Assembly (NCBI GenBank): GCA_023248155.1
Contig: JAHFFE010000001.1
Span: forward strand, 84,873-148,872
DNA: 64,000 bases
DNA from: Candidatus Omnitrophota bacterium
Lineage (GTDB): Bacteria > Omnitrophota > Gorgyraeia > 1-14-0-20-64-10
Direction of reading: 5' to 3'
Shown here piece by piece: positions 8,909 through 20,721 of the stretch. Numbering within the stretch: position 1 is the first letter of the stretch; every line of letters begins with the position of its first letter. Both the position numbers and the translations under genes were made by a program. The notes under the pieces are model-generated. The model was not told the origin of the DNA and did no database searches. It saw only the letters and a program-made list of their open reading frames with translations.

Positions 8909-9237
8909 GGCTTCACAAGTTGAATCAATGTTTCTTCTGTTTTCTGATAAGAACAGCGGCCCGGAATTTTCGAGACCACGGCAATGAGATCAATTCCCGA
9001 CGGAAATTCCGTCTGATTTTTACGAAACGCCTCTTTAAGCCATCGGCGGATTTTGTTTCGCTGGACAGCCGTCGGGGCGATCTTCTTGCTGACTGCGCAG
9101 GCAAAACGGGCCTTTCCCGTCGGACGGGGAAGGATCTTGAGTGTCATCCATTCTCCGCGAACTGTTTTTCCGGCCGAAAAAACCTTGCGAAACTCCTCTC
9201 GGCCGGAAATACGCCTCGACCGGCCGAATGAAGACAT
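8893..9237 (-). CDS. rnpA: Ribonuclease P protein component
   Basis: R.....EFRKVF..G, VSKK...AVQRNKIRRW.KE.FR (RNR motif). Confidence 0.93.
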   Translation of the reverse strand: MSSFGRSRRISGREEFRKVFSAGKTVRGEWMTLKILPRPTGKARFACAVSKKIAPTAVQRNKIRRWLKEAFRKNQTEFPSGIDLIAVVSKIPGRCSYQKTEETLIQLVKPWSQK

Positions 9238-9256
9238 TTATTAAGGGGGTTTTGGG

Positions 9257-9394
9257 TTAAGGAATCAGGTTCTTGCGCCCGGTTTTCCGTCGGCGATTCA
9301 TGACTTTGCGGCCACCCTTGGTCGCCATCCGGCTGCGGAATCCGTGCCTGCGAGCGCGTTTGAGATTCGATTTGTTTCGGAGTGTTTTCTTCAC
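9257..9394 (-). CDS. rpmH: 50S ribosomal protein L34 (below the ORF-track length cutoff)
   Basis: Manual translation from GTG: [45 protein letters not shown]. Confidence 0.96.
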   Translation of the reverse strand: MKKTLRNKSNLKRARRHGFRSRMATKGGRKVMNRRRKTGRKNLIP

Positions 9395-9400
9395 GGGGGC

Positions 9401-9451
9401 ATTGTATCAGCTTGGGATTTATTTGGCAAGCGGTTCAAACTATGCTAGTCT
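9401..9451. promoter_or_regulatory. Back-to-back sigma70-type promoters for rpmH (-) and dnaA (+)
   Basis: Minus strand: TTGCCA(9429-9424)-17 nt-TACAAT(9406-9401). Plus strand: TTGGCA(9423-9428)-17 nt-TAGTCT(9446-9451), preceded by TG. Confidence 0.7.
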
Positions 9452-9469
9452 GAAGAAACAATTCCTACT

Positions 9470-10825
9470 ATGAGCGCATTAAGTTTATCCCTCTGGCAAG
9501 AAGCCGTCGAAAGAATTAAGGGACAACTTCCCAGCCAAGCGTACGAAACATGGTTCGGGCCCACGCGGGCCGTTTCCGCTGCCGATTCGGAGCTGACGCT
9601 GGAAGTTCCCAATCCGTTTTTCCGCGACTGGCTGGTCAAACATTACTCCGAGCTGATCCAGAAAATACTACTCGAGTTGTGCGGCAAAAAAGTCGATCTT
9701 GTTTTTGTTTTTCCTTCCGCGGCTTCTGAAGTAAAACCGGATGATGAATCAACAGCGCCGTGGGTTCGCAGTGAGCAGGCGCCGGCAGCCGGTTCAACCG
9801 AAGGATTGCTTAACAGCCGTTATAAATTTTCGGAATTTGTGGTGGGACCTTCCAACCGTTTCGCGCACGCAGCCGCCGTGGCCATAGGCGAATCGCCGGC
9901 AAAAGTTTACAATCCGTTGTTCATTTACGGCGGAGTCGGTCTTGGGAAAACCCATTTAATGCAGTCGATCGGGCACCGGATCCGCGAAAAATTCCCGGCC
10001 ACAAAATGTTTGTATACGTCCAGCGAGCGGTTTACCAATCAATTGATCTCGGCGATTCAAAACCGGTCGATGGTTTCTTTCCGCGAACGGTTCCGGTCGG
10101 TCGATGTGCTTCTCGTCGACGATATTCATTTCATCGGCGGAAAAGAAGCGACGCAGGAAGCGTTCTTCCACACGTTCAATGCGTTGTATGATGCGCACAA
10201 ACAGATCGTGATCTCCAGCGACCGTTCACCCAAAGAATTACATGGCGTGGAAGAGCGTCTGGTTTCGCGGTTTGAATGGGGCCTGGTCACCGACATCCAG
10301 CCGCCGGATCTTGAAACGCGCGTAGCGATTCTCCGAAAAAAAGCGCAGGCACAGGGGACACAGGTTCCGGACTCCATCACGCTTTTTATCGCGGAGCGAA
10401 TCACTTCAAACATCCGCGAGTTGGAAGGGGCGCTCAACCGTGTCATCGCATATTCGGTTTTGACCGGCCGCGAAATTTCGCCGGCGATGGCGCAGGAAGT
10501 ATTGAAGGGAATGGTGGCGGAGACTGCCAAGCATGTGACGGTGGATAAAATTCAGCGAATTGTCGCTGATTATTTCAATGTTTCCATGGCAGATCTCAAG
10601 GGAAAGCGTAGAACCAAGGAAGTGGCGCTTCCTCGGCAGCTGGCCATGGCGCTCTCCCGGGAATTAACCGATGCTTCACTGCCGGCCATTGGAGAAGCGT
10701 TTGGCGGCCGCGATCACGCCACGGTGATTTACGCCTGTAATAAGGTGGCGGAAGATTATACGCAGGGTGGGAAAATTAAGGAATTGATCGATATCCTGCG
10801 CAGTGAATTCAACCAGGCTGTCTAA
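9470..10825 (+). CDS. dnaA: Chromosomal replication initiator DnaA
   Basis: YNPLFIYGGVGLGKTHL, LLVDDIHF, RFEWGL, NIRELEGAL, GGRDHATV. Confidence 0.99.
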   Translation: MSALSLSLWQEAVERIKGQLPSQAYETWFGPTRAVSAADSELTLEVPNPFFRDWLVKHYSELIQKILLELCGKKVDLVFVFPSAASEVKPDDESTAPWVRSEQAPAAGSTEGLLNSRYKFSEFVVGPSNRFAHAAAVAIGESPAKVYNPLFIYGGVGLGKTHLMQSIGHRIREKFPATKCLYTSSERFTNQLISAIQNRSMVSFRERFRSVDVLLVDDIHFIGGKEATQEAFFHTFNALYDAHKQIVISSDRSPKELHGVEERLVSRFEWGLVTDIQPPDLETRVAILRKKAQAQGTQVPDSITLFIAERITSNIRELEGALNRVIAYSVLTGREISPAMAQEVLKGMVAETAKHVTVDKIQRIVADYFNVSMADLKGKRRTKEVALPRQLAMALSRELTDASLPAIGEAFGGRDHATVIYACNKVAEDYTQGGKIKELIDILRSEFNQAV

Positions 10826-11013
10826 ATAGTCTATGAAAAGCCTGTGGATTGGTGTAGATTGGTGATTTTGTTGGGGGTTGTAGCTGTTTTTCAACAGCCA
10901 TTTTTGAAACCTATCCCCAAACAGTTAAGATAGTTGTGTAGTTCTCAACAGTTTAAACAATGCTTATTACTATTACTGTTACATATTAAACTTATAATAG
11001 GGACCGAACTTCT
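10826..11013. other. Putative oriC (degenerate DnaA boxes plus DnaA-trio/AT-rich unwinding element)
   Basis: Between dnaA and dnaN. Box-like 9-mers: TGTGGATTG (10843), TGTAGATTG (10853), TTTTCAACA (10888), CTATCCCCA (10911), TTCTCAACA (10942). Trio-like CTTATTACTATTACTGTTAC at about 10963-10982. Gene orientation diverges around dnaA. Confidence 0.82.
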
Positions 11014-12111
11014 ATGAAAGCCCGTATCTTACGAGAGAACTTTTTAAAGGGAATACAGACAGTTTCCCCTATTGTTCCAACCCGAAGCACGCTTCCGATT
11101 TTATCCCACTTATTAATTGAAACAAAAAAAGACGCCATTCAAATTACAGGAACCGATCTTGAAATAGGAATTACCACAACTATTCCCGCCGAAATTCTTG
11201 AAGAAGGCTCCATTGCGATTCCAGCCAAGCGGTTGAGTGATTTATTAAAAGAACTTCCTAATGAAATGTTGCAGTTGGGATCCAAAAAAAATCAGCAAGC
11301 CAGTATTGAATGCGGTAAGGGTGTGTTTAAGATTATGGGACTTTCCAAAGAAGAGTTCCCACACCTCCCCCATTCTGTTTCACATGAGGCAATCTCTATC
11401 CAACAAAACCTGCTTCAAAAAATGCTATCACTGGTTGTCTTCTCTGTTTCAAAAGATGAGTCGCGGTATGTGTTGACCGGAATTTTGTTTGTCAGCAAGA
11501 AAAACACATTGCGTCTGGTGGCCACAGATGGCCGGCGTATGGCGATGATTGATCGCGAAGTAAAATCGGCACCGGCCGGCGAACAAAACCGTATCGTGCC
11601 CGAGAAAACAATCAATGAATTAATCCGGTTGTTGGGCGGCGAAGAGGCCGTAAAAATATCATTCAAGGAAAGCCAAATTGTTTTTGATCTGGGCAACACC
11701 ATTTTAATTTCGCGGCTCATCGACGGGAAATTCCCAAACTATGAGCAGGTGATTCCGGCCGAAAGCCCGCACCGGCTGCGCGCATCGCGCGAGGAATTTT
11801 TATTGGCCGTGCGGCGAATCGGGTTATGGTCCACACAGGAATCGCCCTCCATCCGCTTTGATCTGGCCGCCGACAAATTGACGGTTTCAAAACAGACGCC
11901 CGAAGTCGGCGAGGCGCACGAGCAGATTACCGTTGAATATTCAGGGCCTGAATTTTCAATTGGATTTAATCCCAATTATCTGATCGATGTGTTGAAGGTG
12001 CTGCCAGAAGAACAGATTGAAATTGAACTTCCCGGGCCCGACCGGCCCGGCGTAATGCGCACTAAAGAGCACTATGTCTACATCGTGCTCCCAATGCAGC
12101 TATCGAACTAG
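11014..12111 (+). CDS. dnaN: DNA polymerase III beta sliding clamp
   Basis: TLPILSH.LI, TGTDLEIG, RYVLTGI, VATDGRRMA, LIDGKFPNYEQVIP, IGFNPNYL, VLPM. Confidence 0.98.
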   Translation: MKARILRENFLKGIQTVSPIVPTRSTLPILSHLLIETKKDAIQITGTDLEIGITTTIPAEILEEGSIAIPAKRLSDLLKELPNEMLQLGSKKNQQASIECGKGVFKIMGLSKEEFPHLPHSVSHEAISIQQNLLQKMLSLVVFSVSKDESRYVLTGILFVSKKNTLRLVATDGRRMAMIDREVKSAPAGEQNRIVPEKTINELIRLLGGEEAVKISFKESQIVFDLGNTILISRLIDGKFPNYEQVIPAESPHRLRASREEFLLAVRRIGLWSTQESPSIRFDLAADKLTVSKQTPEVGEAHEQITVEYSGPEFSIGFNPNYLIDVLKVLPEEQIEIELPGPDRPGVMRTKEHYVYIVLPMQLSN

Positions 12112-12122
12112 AACCAATTCTG

Positions 12123-14904
<2,782 letters not shown>

Positions 14905-14906
14905 CG

Positions 14907-17381
14907 ATGTATACGCGAAACGAAAAAATAATCCCGATTGCGATCGAGCAGGAGATGAAAGATTCGTACATCTCTTACGCGATGTCCGTCATCGTCGGCC
15001 GCGCTCTGCCCGATGCGCGCGACGGCCTCAAGCCGGTGCAGCGCCGCATTCTGTACACGATGCAAAACCTGTCGCTCGATCCGGGCAAGCCGTATAAGAA
15101 ATCGGCCCGTATCGTCGGAGACTGTCTGGGCCGGTATCATCCGCACGGCGACAGCGCCGTCTATGACGCGTTGGTCCGCATGGCGCAGAGTTTTTCGGTC
15201 CGTCATCCGATGGTCGACGGCCAGGGCAACTTCGGATCGGTCGACGGCGACTCCGCCGCCGCGATGCGCTACACCGAGGCGCGCATGGCGCCGGTGGCCG
15301 AAACAATGCTGGCCGATCTTGAAAAAGACACCGTTGATTTTGTCCCCAACTTCGATGAATCACTGACCGAACCGCGCGTATTGCCGGCCGCCCTGCCCAG
15401 CTTGCTGGCCAATGGCGCCAGCGGTATTGCCGTCGGTATGGCCACTAATATTCCGCCGCAGAATTTGCATGAATTAGTCGACGGCATTATCCGTCTGATC
15501 GATAATCCGGAAATTGATATCAAGGAATTGATGAAATCGGTCAAAGGCCCCGATTTCCCGACGGGCGGCGCGATCGTCGGCCGGCAGGGGATTACCGATG
15601 CCTATACGACCGGCCGCGGGCATATCAAGGTGCGCGCCAAAGCGCATATTGAAACCGGCAAGGGCGGAAAAGATTCAATCATCATTTCCGAGATTCCGTA
15701 TCAGGTCAACAAATCCACATTGCTTGAAGCCATCGCCGCATTGGTGCGCGACAAGAAAATCGACGGGATCGCCGACCTGCGCGATGAGTCCGATAAAGAC
15801 GGTATGCGCATCGTCGTTGATTTAAAGCGCGACGCCAACGGCCAGGTGGTTCTCAATCAGCTGTTCAAGCATACGCAGCTGGAAACAACCTTCGGCGTGA
15901 TTCTGCTGGCGCTCGTCAACAGCCGCCCGAAAGTTTGTACGCTCAAACAGTTGATGGAAGTGTTCATCGAGCACCGCAAGGAAGTGATCACGCGGCGCAC
16001 GCGGTTCGACCTGCGCAAGGCGCGCGAACGGGCCCACATTTTAGAAGGCCTCAAGATCGCGATCGCGAATCTCGACGAGATTATCAAATTAATCCGCCGT
16101 TCCAAGAGCGAAGAAGAAGCGCGCGCAGCCCTCGTCAAAACCTACAAGCTTACCGTGGTTCAGGCGCAGGCAATTTTGGACATGCCGCTCAAGAAGCTGA
16201 CAGCACTCGAGCGGACCAAGATTGAAGAAGAATATTTGGCACTGCTCAAGAAAATCATTGAACTCGAAGCAATCCTCGCCTCGGAAGCAAGAATCCTGGC
16301 GATCATCAAAGACGAACTGCGCGAAATCGGCAAAAAATATGGCAACGAACGCCGCACCGAAATTCTCGCCGGCGAAGCGAAAGAGCTCAACGTCGAGGAT
16401 TTCATCGCCGAAGAAGATGTGGTGATCACGATTTCCCATTCCGGTTATATCAAACGGCTGCCGGTGTCGGGTTACCGCAAGCAGGGCCGCGGCGGCAAGG
16501 GCGCCAGCGGTACCGATCTGAAAGAGGAAGACTTCGTCGAGAACCTGTTTATCGCCTCGACCCACGATTACCTGCTCTGCTTTACCGATCGCGGGCGAGT
16601 CTACTGGGTCAAGGTCTACGATGTTCCGCAGGCCAGCCGTCAGTCCAAAGGCAAAGCAATCATCAATTTGCTGCAGTTGGAATCGGGTGAAAAAATGGCG
16701 GCGTTTGTGCCGGTGCGCGAGTTCAAGGAGGATCAGTATCTGGTGATGCTGACCGCCAACGGACTGATCAAGAAAACGGCGCTCTCCGCCTACAGCAATC
16801 CGCGCCGGGGCGGAATCATCGGCATGGGTCTGGAGCTGGGCGACCGGTTGATCCGCGTGCTGATGACCGACGGAAAACAGGAACTGCTGCTGGCCACACG
16901 GCTGGGCAAGGCAATCCGTTTTCCGGAATCACAGGTGCGCGACATGGGCCGCGGCGCCAAGGGCGTTAAAGCGATGACGCTCGATAAAAAAGACCAGGTC
17001 ATCGGCGCGGCGATCTGCAAAAAAGGCGTCACCGCATTAACGGTGACCAGTCACGGGTTCGGCAAACGCAGCGATGTTGACGACTACCGGTCACAATCCC
17101 GCGGCGGTAAAGGAATCATCAATCTGAATGTCACCGATAAAAACGGCGAAGCAATCAGCTTGATGACCGTGACCGATAAAGACGAAGTGATGCTGATCGC
17201 GCAGCAGGGCCAGCTGATCCGATGTCCCGTCAAAGAGATTCGCGTGACGGGCCGCGCCGCGCAAGGTGTGCGGTTAATGCGTATGGGCGAAAAAGATACG
17301 CTGGCAGCCGTTGCGACGGTAGTTCCCGAGGATGAGGACGCCGCCGTGACCGAACTTGCCGCGGCGAAACCGGCCGAGTAA
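14907..17381 (+). CDS. gyrA: DNA gyrase subunit A
   Basis: [36 protein letters not shown], GyrA-box QGRGGKG, C-terminal beta-pinwheel repeats. Confidence 0.99.
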   Translation: MYTRNEKIIPIAIEQEMKDSYISYAMSVIVGRALPDARDGLKPVQRRILYTMQNLSLDPGKPYKKSARIVGDCLGRYHPHGDSAVYDALVRMAQSFSVRHPMVDGQGNFGSVDGDSAAAMRYTEARMAPVAETMLADLEKDTVDFVPNFDESLTEPRVLPAALPSLLANGASGIAVGMATNIPPQNLHELVDGIIRLIDNPEIDIKELMKSVKGPDFPTGGAIVGRQGITDAYTTGRGHIKVRAKAHIETGKGGKDSIIISEIPYQVNKSTLLEAIAALVRDKKIDGIADLRDESDKDGMRIVVDLKRDANGQVVLNQLFKHTQLETTFGVILLALVNSRPKVCTLKQLMEVFIEHRKEVITRRTRFDLRKARERAHILEGLKIAIANLDEIIKLIRRSKSEEEARAALVKTYKLTVVQAQAILDMPLKKLTALERTKIEEEYLALLKKIIELEAILASEARILAIIKDELREIGKKYGNERRTEILAGEAKELNVEDFIAEEDVVITISHSGYIKRLPVSGYRKQGRGGKGASGTDLKEEDFVENLFIASTHDYLLCFTDRGRVYWVKVYDVPQASRQSKGKAIINLLQLESGEKMAAFVPVREFKEDQYLVMLTANGLIKKTALSAYSNPRRGGIIGMGLELGDRLIRVLMTDGKQELLLATRLGKAIRFPESQVRDMGRGAKGVKAMTLDKKDQVIGAAICKKGVTALTVTSHGFGKRSDVDDYRSQSRGGKGIINLNVTDKNGEAISLMTVTDKDEVMLIAQQGQLIRCPVKEIRVTGRAAQGVRLMRMGEKDTLAAVATVVPEDEDAAVTELAAAKPAE

Positions 17382-17439
17382 GATTCTCCTTTTAAACGGA
17401 AAATGGGAGCGGTATCATAACCGTTCCGAGCTACTCTTC

Positions 17440-17513
17440 GTCCCCATCGTCTAGCCGGCCTAGGACGCGGCCCTTTCAAGGCTGCAACACGGGTTCGAAT
17501 CCCGTTGGGGACG
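17440..17513 (+). tRNA. tRNA-Glu(TTC)
   Basis: GTCCCCATCGTCTAGCCGGCCTAGGACGCGGCCCT-TTC-AAGGCTGC...GGTTCGAATCCCGTTGGGGACG. Confidence 0.96.
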
Positions 17514-17574
17514 CTATTTTCTTACGCAAAAACAAATCCTGTCAGGTATAGTTCATTTAGGTAATTCAGACGAG

Positions 17575-17617
17575 AAACCTTTTCATGGAAGGGCAACGAC
17601 TGCCCACGGAAAGGTTT
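17575..17617 (+). promoter_or_regulatory. Two-tier stem-loop in the leader of the 769-aa gene
   Basis: AAACCTTTTC...GGGCA-ACGAC-TGCCC...GAAAGGTTT followed by ATTTTT. Confidence 0.5.
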
Positions 17618-17633
17618 ATTTTTATCACCGTTT

Positions 17634-19943
17634 ATGAAGACAATACAAAAAAGATTTCGAATAATTATCGCGGCCGCGTTGGTGTTCTGTTTCGCAACAG
17701 AATGCCCAACCCCGTTTTTGTCGCACCACAGCTACGCTGCCGTAGAACAACAGACGCTCCGCCCCGGTCAAAACGCTGAAACAGCACCGGCAACTCTCAG
17801 TAACCGGCTGCAAACATTCGCCGGACAAGAAGAGCAGAAGAAAGCTTCCACGAGCTTTTTTAAATCAAAATGGTTTATAACAACGATGGTTTTAGTGGCG
17901 GGCCTAATCGCCACTCCGTTCCTTGCGCAACCCAATCGCAATAATAATATTCAACCGCCGCCAGCGATTGCTCAACAGCAACCTCCTCAGCAAATCGTTC
18001 GATATGAAACGGCAAGTTTTTTGACGGGATTTGAAATCGAACTGGATGCAGCCCAAAAAGAAGCTTTTCTCAAAGCGTTTCTTGAAAGCAATACGGAACA
18101 TGCGATCGCAAAAAACAGCATGATGCTTGAAATGGCGCGGTCGATGCCAAGCGCTATGAAACATCGCCCAGACGGGTCTCTTGTCGTCGTCTATATTCCG
18201 TCACAACCGCAACTTTATCTCTTAAATTCGCAGGGCCCTGTTTTTGTGCATCTCTATTTGAACCCAAGCTCGAAACGAGGGGTTCTTCATTTTGACGGAG
18301 CGCTGGGAACAAAAGAAGAATTTGCCGTGGCATTGCGGGAATTAAAGAATCCTTTTAAACGCTTATTGATGGAGCTTGTGGGAGCGCCCGAAGTTACTCC
18401 GGAAATGATCGAGTCAGTGGAGCAAAGCTGGAATCAGCAGGTTAGCGATGCTAAGAAAGCCCAAGAACGCTTTCCGAAATTCGAGCCTAATTTCGGAGTC
18501 CAACATTCCGAAATGCTGGACACATTGCCGCGCCGGACCACCTCGGTGGACACTTCCCAATTTGATGTTGCCTCTGCAACGGACGAAAGAACGAATCTGG
18601 AAACCGACGCTGTCCTGCAATGCATCGTTGTTACACTCTGGGACCCGGAGCATCAGGTGGGTGGGATGTCCCATTTTTGGTTTTTGAGGGATCCCGGCCC
18701 TGGAATGGGCCGTTTCCTTGCAAGGTTTCAGGAAAAAGGAGGCACGCTGGGACCACAAACTAAAATTCGGCTGCGCGGCGGCCGTCAGGGAGAGTCAGAA
18801 ACCCTCTTGAGTAGTTTGTTGGTTTTACTGGAGGGCAAAGGAACTATTGTTGAGCAGGATGTTTTAAAAGATGACGAGGCACCAGTTGTTCATATGCTGT
18901 TGGATGTGAAAACGGGTAACGTAGTCGATTTGATTGATGGTTTTGCAACGCTGGAAGATGCCGGAATTTTTGCCGATCGTTTGCAGGAATTAATGCAGCA
19001 GAGATTGGAAGCATTCTTAAAATTCCATGGAGACAAAACGGAGCGACTTTTAGCGGTTACAGCGGATCAACAATTAGAGTGGGCAAAAAAACGATACAAT
19101 ACATACATAATAACAAACCAGCAGGCACTCATTGAACTCAGACAGTTGTGGAGCTCTTTTTACATAAGAGATGTGGATCAGAAAATTCGCACAGCTAAAT
19201 CAAGCGAACTTGGCTGGGCCTCAAGCCCGTTTTCTTCGGCGTCTCATGAGTTGAGTTCGCATCGCGAATTAATCAGTCGCTTGTTCGGCAATCCGGTTAA
19301 TTTTGAAAAACTGGAAATAACATTTGAATTGCCGCCAGGAGAAGGGCAGGCCTACTGGGAATGGGTTCAAAGACAGGAGCAAGAGGTCCTTTATATTAGT
19401 CAACTGTTGTATATGTCGAGCTGGCAAGGGGTCATGCCCGATAGAATAAAAATTCCACGGATAGAGACAAACCCCGAATTTGGGATAGCAATTGCTCTAC
19501 AAACCGAACTGCGGCAAGGATATCTGGTTGTCGTGGATCTTGATTCTTTAACGGATGCTCAGTATCAACAGATCAAGTCGGCCAGGGCAACCATTCATCA
19601 GCGCTCAGAACGCCACAATATCCGCCTTCTTTTCCTGGGTCAGCCTCGAGAAAAGGCCGGCTTCAGAGATGATTTCCTGGAAAATGACACCATACGCGCA
19701 TTAGATGCCGACACACTCGCAACAGAGTTCGGCCGAATTCGTGGGTTGACCCGCGTCACCTTTTTCGGTTCCGAAAATGCAGCGTTGCCAATTCAAACAG
19801 CGGTGGAAAAATTAGGTGTGACCTTTGAGCAAAAAGAGTTTTCAGTTCTGAATCTGTTGAGAGGGTTTGGGGTTAACGCCATTATGCTGGATATTCTTGA
19901 AAACGGATTGGAAGAAGCCGCTTCCCTCGGTAAACAAGCGTAA
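17634..19943 (+). CDS. Exported/membrane-anchored multidomain protein with a central CheD-like (CNF1/YfiH-fold) Cys-His deamidase domain
   Basis: N-terminal signal-like segment. Residues about 302-433 follow the CheD motif order: LETDAVLQC(330)IVVTLWDP...GGMSH(347)F...KIRLRGG...IVEQDV...LDVKTGNV. The rest is unrecognised. Confidence 0.72.
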   Translation: MKTIQKRFRIIIAAALVFCFATECPTPFLSHHSYAAVEQQTLRPGQNAETAPATLSNRLQTFAGQEEQKKASTSFFKSKWFITTMVLVAGLIATPFLAQPNRNNNIQPPPAIAQQQPPQQIVRYETASFLTGFEIELDAAQKEAFLKAFLESNTEHAIAKNSMMLEMARSMPSAMKHRPDGSLVVVYIPSQPQLYLLNSQGPVFVHLYLNPSSKRGVLHFDGALGTKEEFAVALRELKNPFKRLLMELVGAPEVTPEMIESVEQSWNQQVSDAKKAQERFPKFEPNFGVQHSEMLDTLPRRTTSVDTSQFDVASATDERTNLETDAVLQCIVVTLWDPEHQVGGMSHFWFLRDPGPGMGRFLARFQEKGGTLGPQTKIRLRGGRQGESETLLSSLLVLLEGKGTIVEQDVLKDDEAPVVHMLLDVKTGNVVDLIDGFATLEDAGIFADRLQELMQQRLEAFLKFHGDKTERLLAVTADQQLEWAKKRYNTYIITNQQALIELRQLWSSFYIRDVDQKIRTAKSSELGWASSPFSSASHELSSHRELISRLFGNPVNFEKLEITFELPPGEGQAYWEWVQRQEQEVLYISQLLYMSSWQGVMPDRIKIPRIETNPEFGIAIALQTELRQGYLVVVDLDSLTDAQYQQIKSARATIHQRSERHNIRLLFLGQPREKAGFRDDFLENDTIRALDADTLATEFGRIRGLTRVTFFGSENAALPIQTAVEKLGVTFEQKEFSVLNLLRGFGVNAIMLDILENGLEEAASLGKQA

Positions 19944-19998
19944 AATTTTCCGCCTGAGTGAAATTGCAATTCCCCGTCGGTCTTGCTAAGGTAAAACA

Positions 19999-20721
19999 AT
20001 GACCCCTCCCGGAACGCTTTACTTAGTAGGTACCCCGATAGGAAATCTGGGCGACATCACGCTGCGCGCTCTTGAAACTCTCAAAACCGTTTCATTGGTC
20101 GCCGCCGAGGATACCCGACGAACCAGCCAGCTGTTCCAACGATTTGATATTCATACCCCGCTGACCAGTCTGCATGAACACAACGAAGGCCAGAAAGCGC
20201 TGCAGTTGATCGAACGGATCAAAGCAGGACAATCGGTAGCATTGGTCACCGACGCCGGAATGCCGGTTATTTCCGACCCAGGGGCTTACCTGGCGCAGTT
20301 GGCCTGGGAGGCCGGCCTGCCGGTTACGACGATTCCGGGGCCTAACGCCGCCGTCGCGGCGCTGGCACTTTCCGGATTTCGCGGCGAACGGTTCCGGTTT
20401 GAAGGGTTTCCTCCCAAAAAAACGGCGGCGATGGAACGATGGCTCAAAGAATTATCGACTGAAAAAATCCCGGTGATTTGCTACGAATCACCGATGCGTC
20501 TGGTAAAAACGCTGGAGTTGATCAAAAAAGTGCTGGGCGAAATTCCGATCGTCGTCGCGCGCGAACTGACAAAACTGCATGAAGAAGTGACGCGCGGCTC
20601 GACAAGCGAGGTTCTCGCGCGCTATACTACACGAGCGCCCAAAGGCGAAGTGACGCTTCTTTTTTTGCCGACTGAAAACGAAAATGACGAACCCAAAAAT
20701 CCATCCCACAGCGATCATTGA
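19999..20721 (+). CDS. rsmI: 16S rRNA (cytidine1402-2'-O)-methyltransferase
   Basis: LYLVGTPIGNLGDIT.RA, AAEDTR, DAGMP.ISDPG, YESP.R, ARELTKLHEE, KGE. Confidence 0.96.
   Translation: MTPPGTLYLVGTPIGNLGDITLRALETLKTVSLVAAEDTRRTSQLFQRFDIHTPLTSLHEHNEGQKALQLIERIKAGQSVALVTDAGMPVISDPGAYLAQLAWEAGLPVTTIPGPNAAVAALALSGFRGERFRFEGFPPKKTAAMERWLKELSTEKIPVICYESPMRLVKTLELIKKVLGEIPIVVARELTKLHEEVTRGSTSEVLARYTTRAPKGEVTLLFLPTENENDEPKNPSHSDH

Noticed and set aside
17575-17620. Possible c-di-GMP or other known riboswitch
   Set aside because: Lacks the GCAAA/GNRA two-hairpin consensus; kept only as an unassigned hairpin.
17440-19998. Integrative element at tRNA-Glu carrying the 769-aa gene
   Set aside because: No duplicated tRNA-Glu 3' end and no integrase found downstream.
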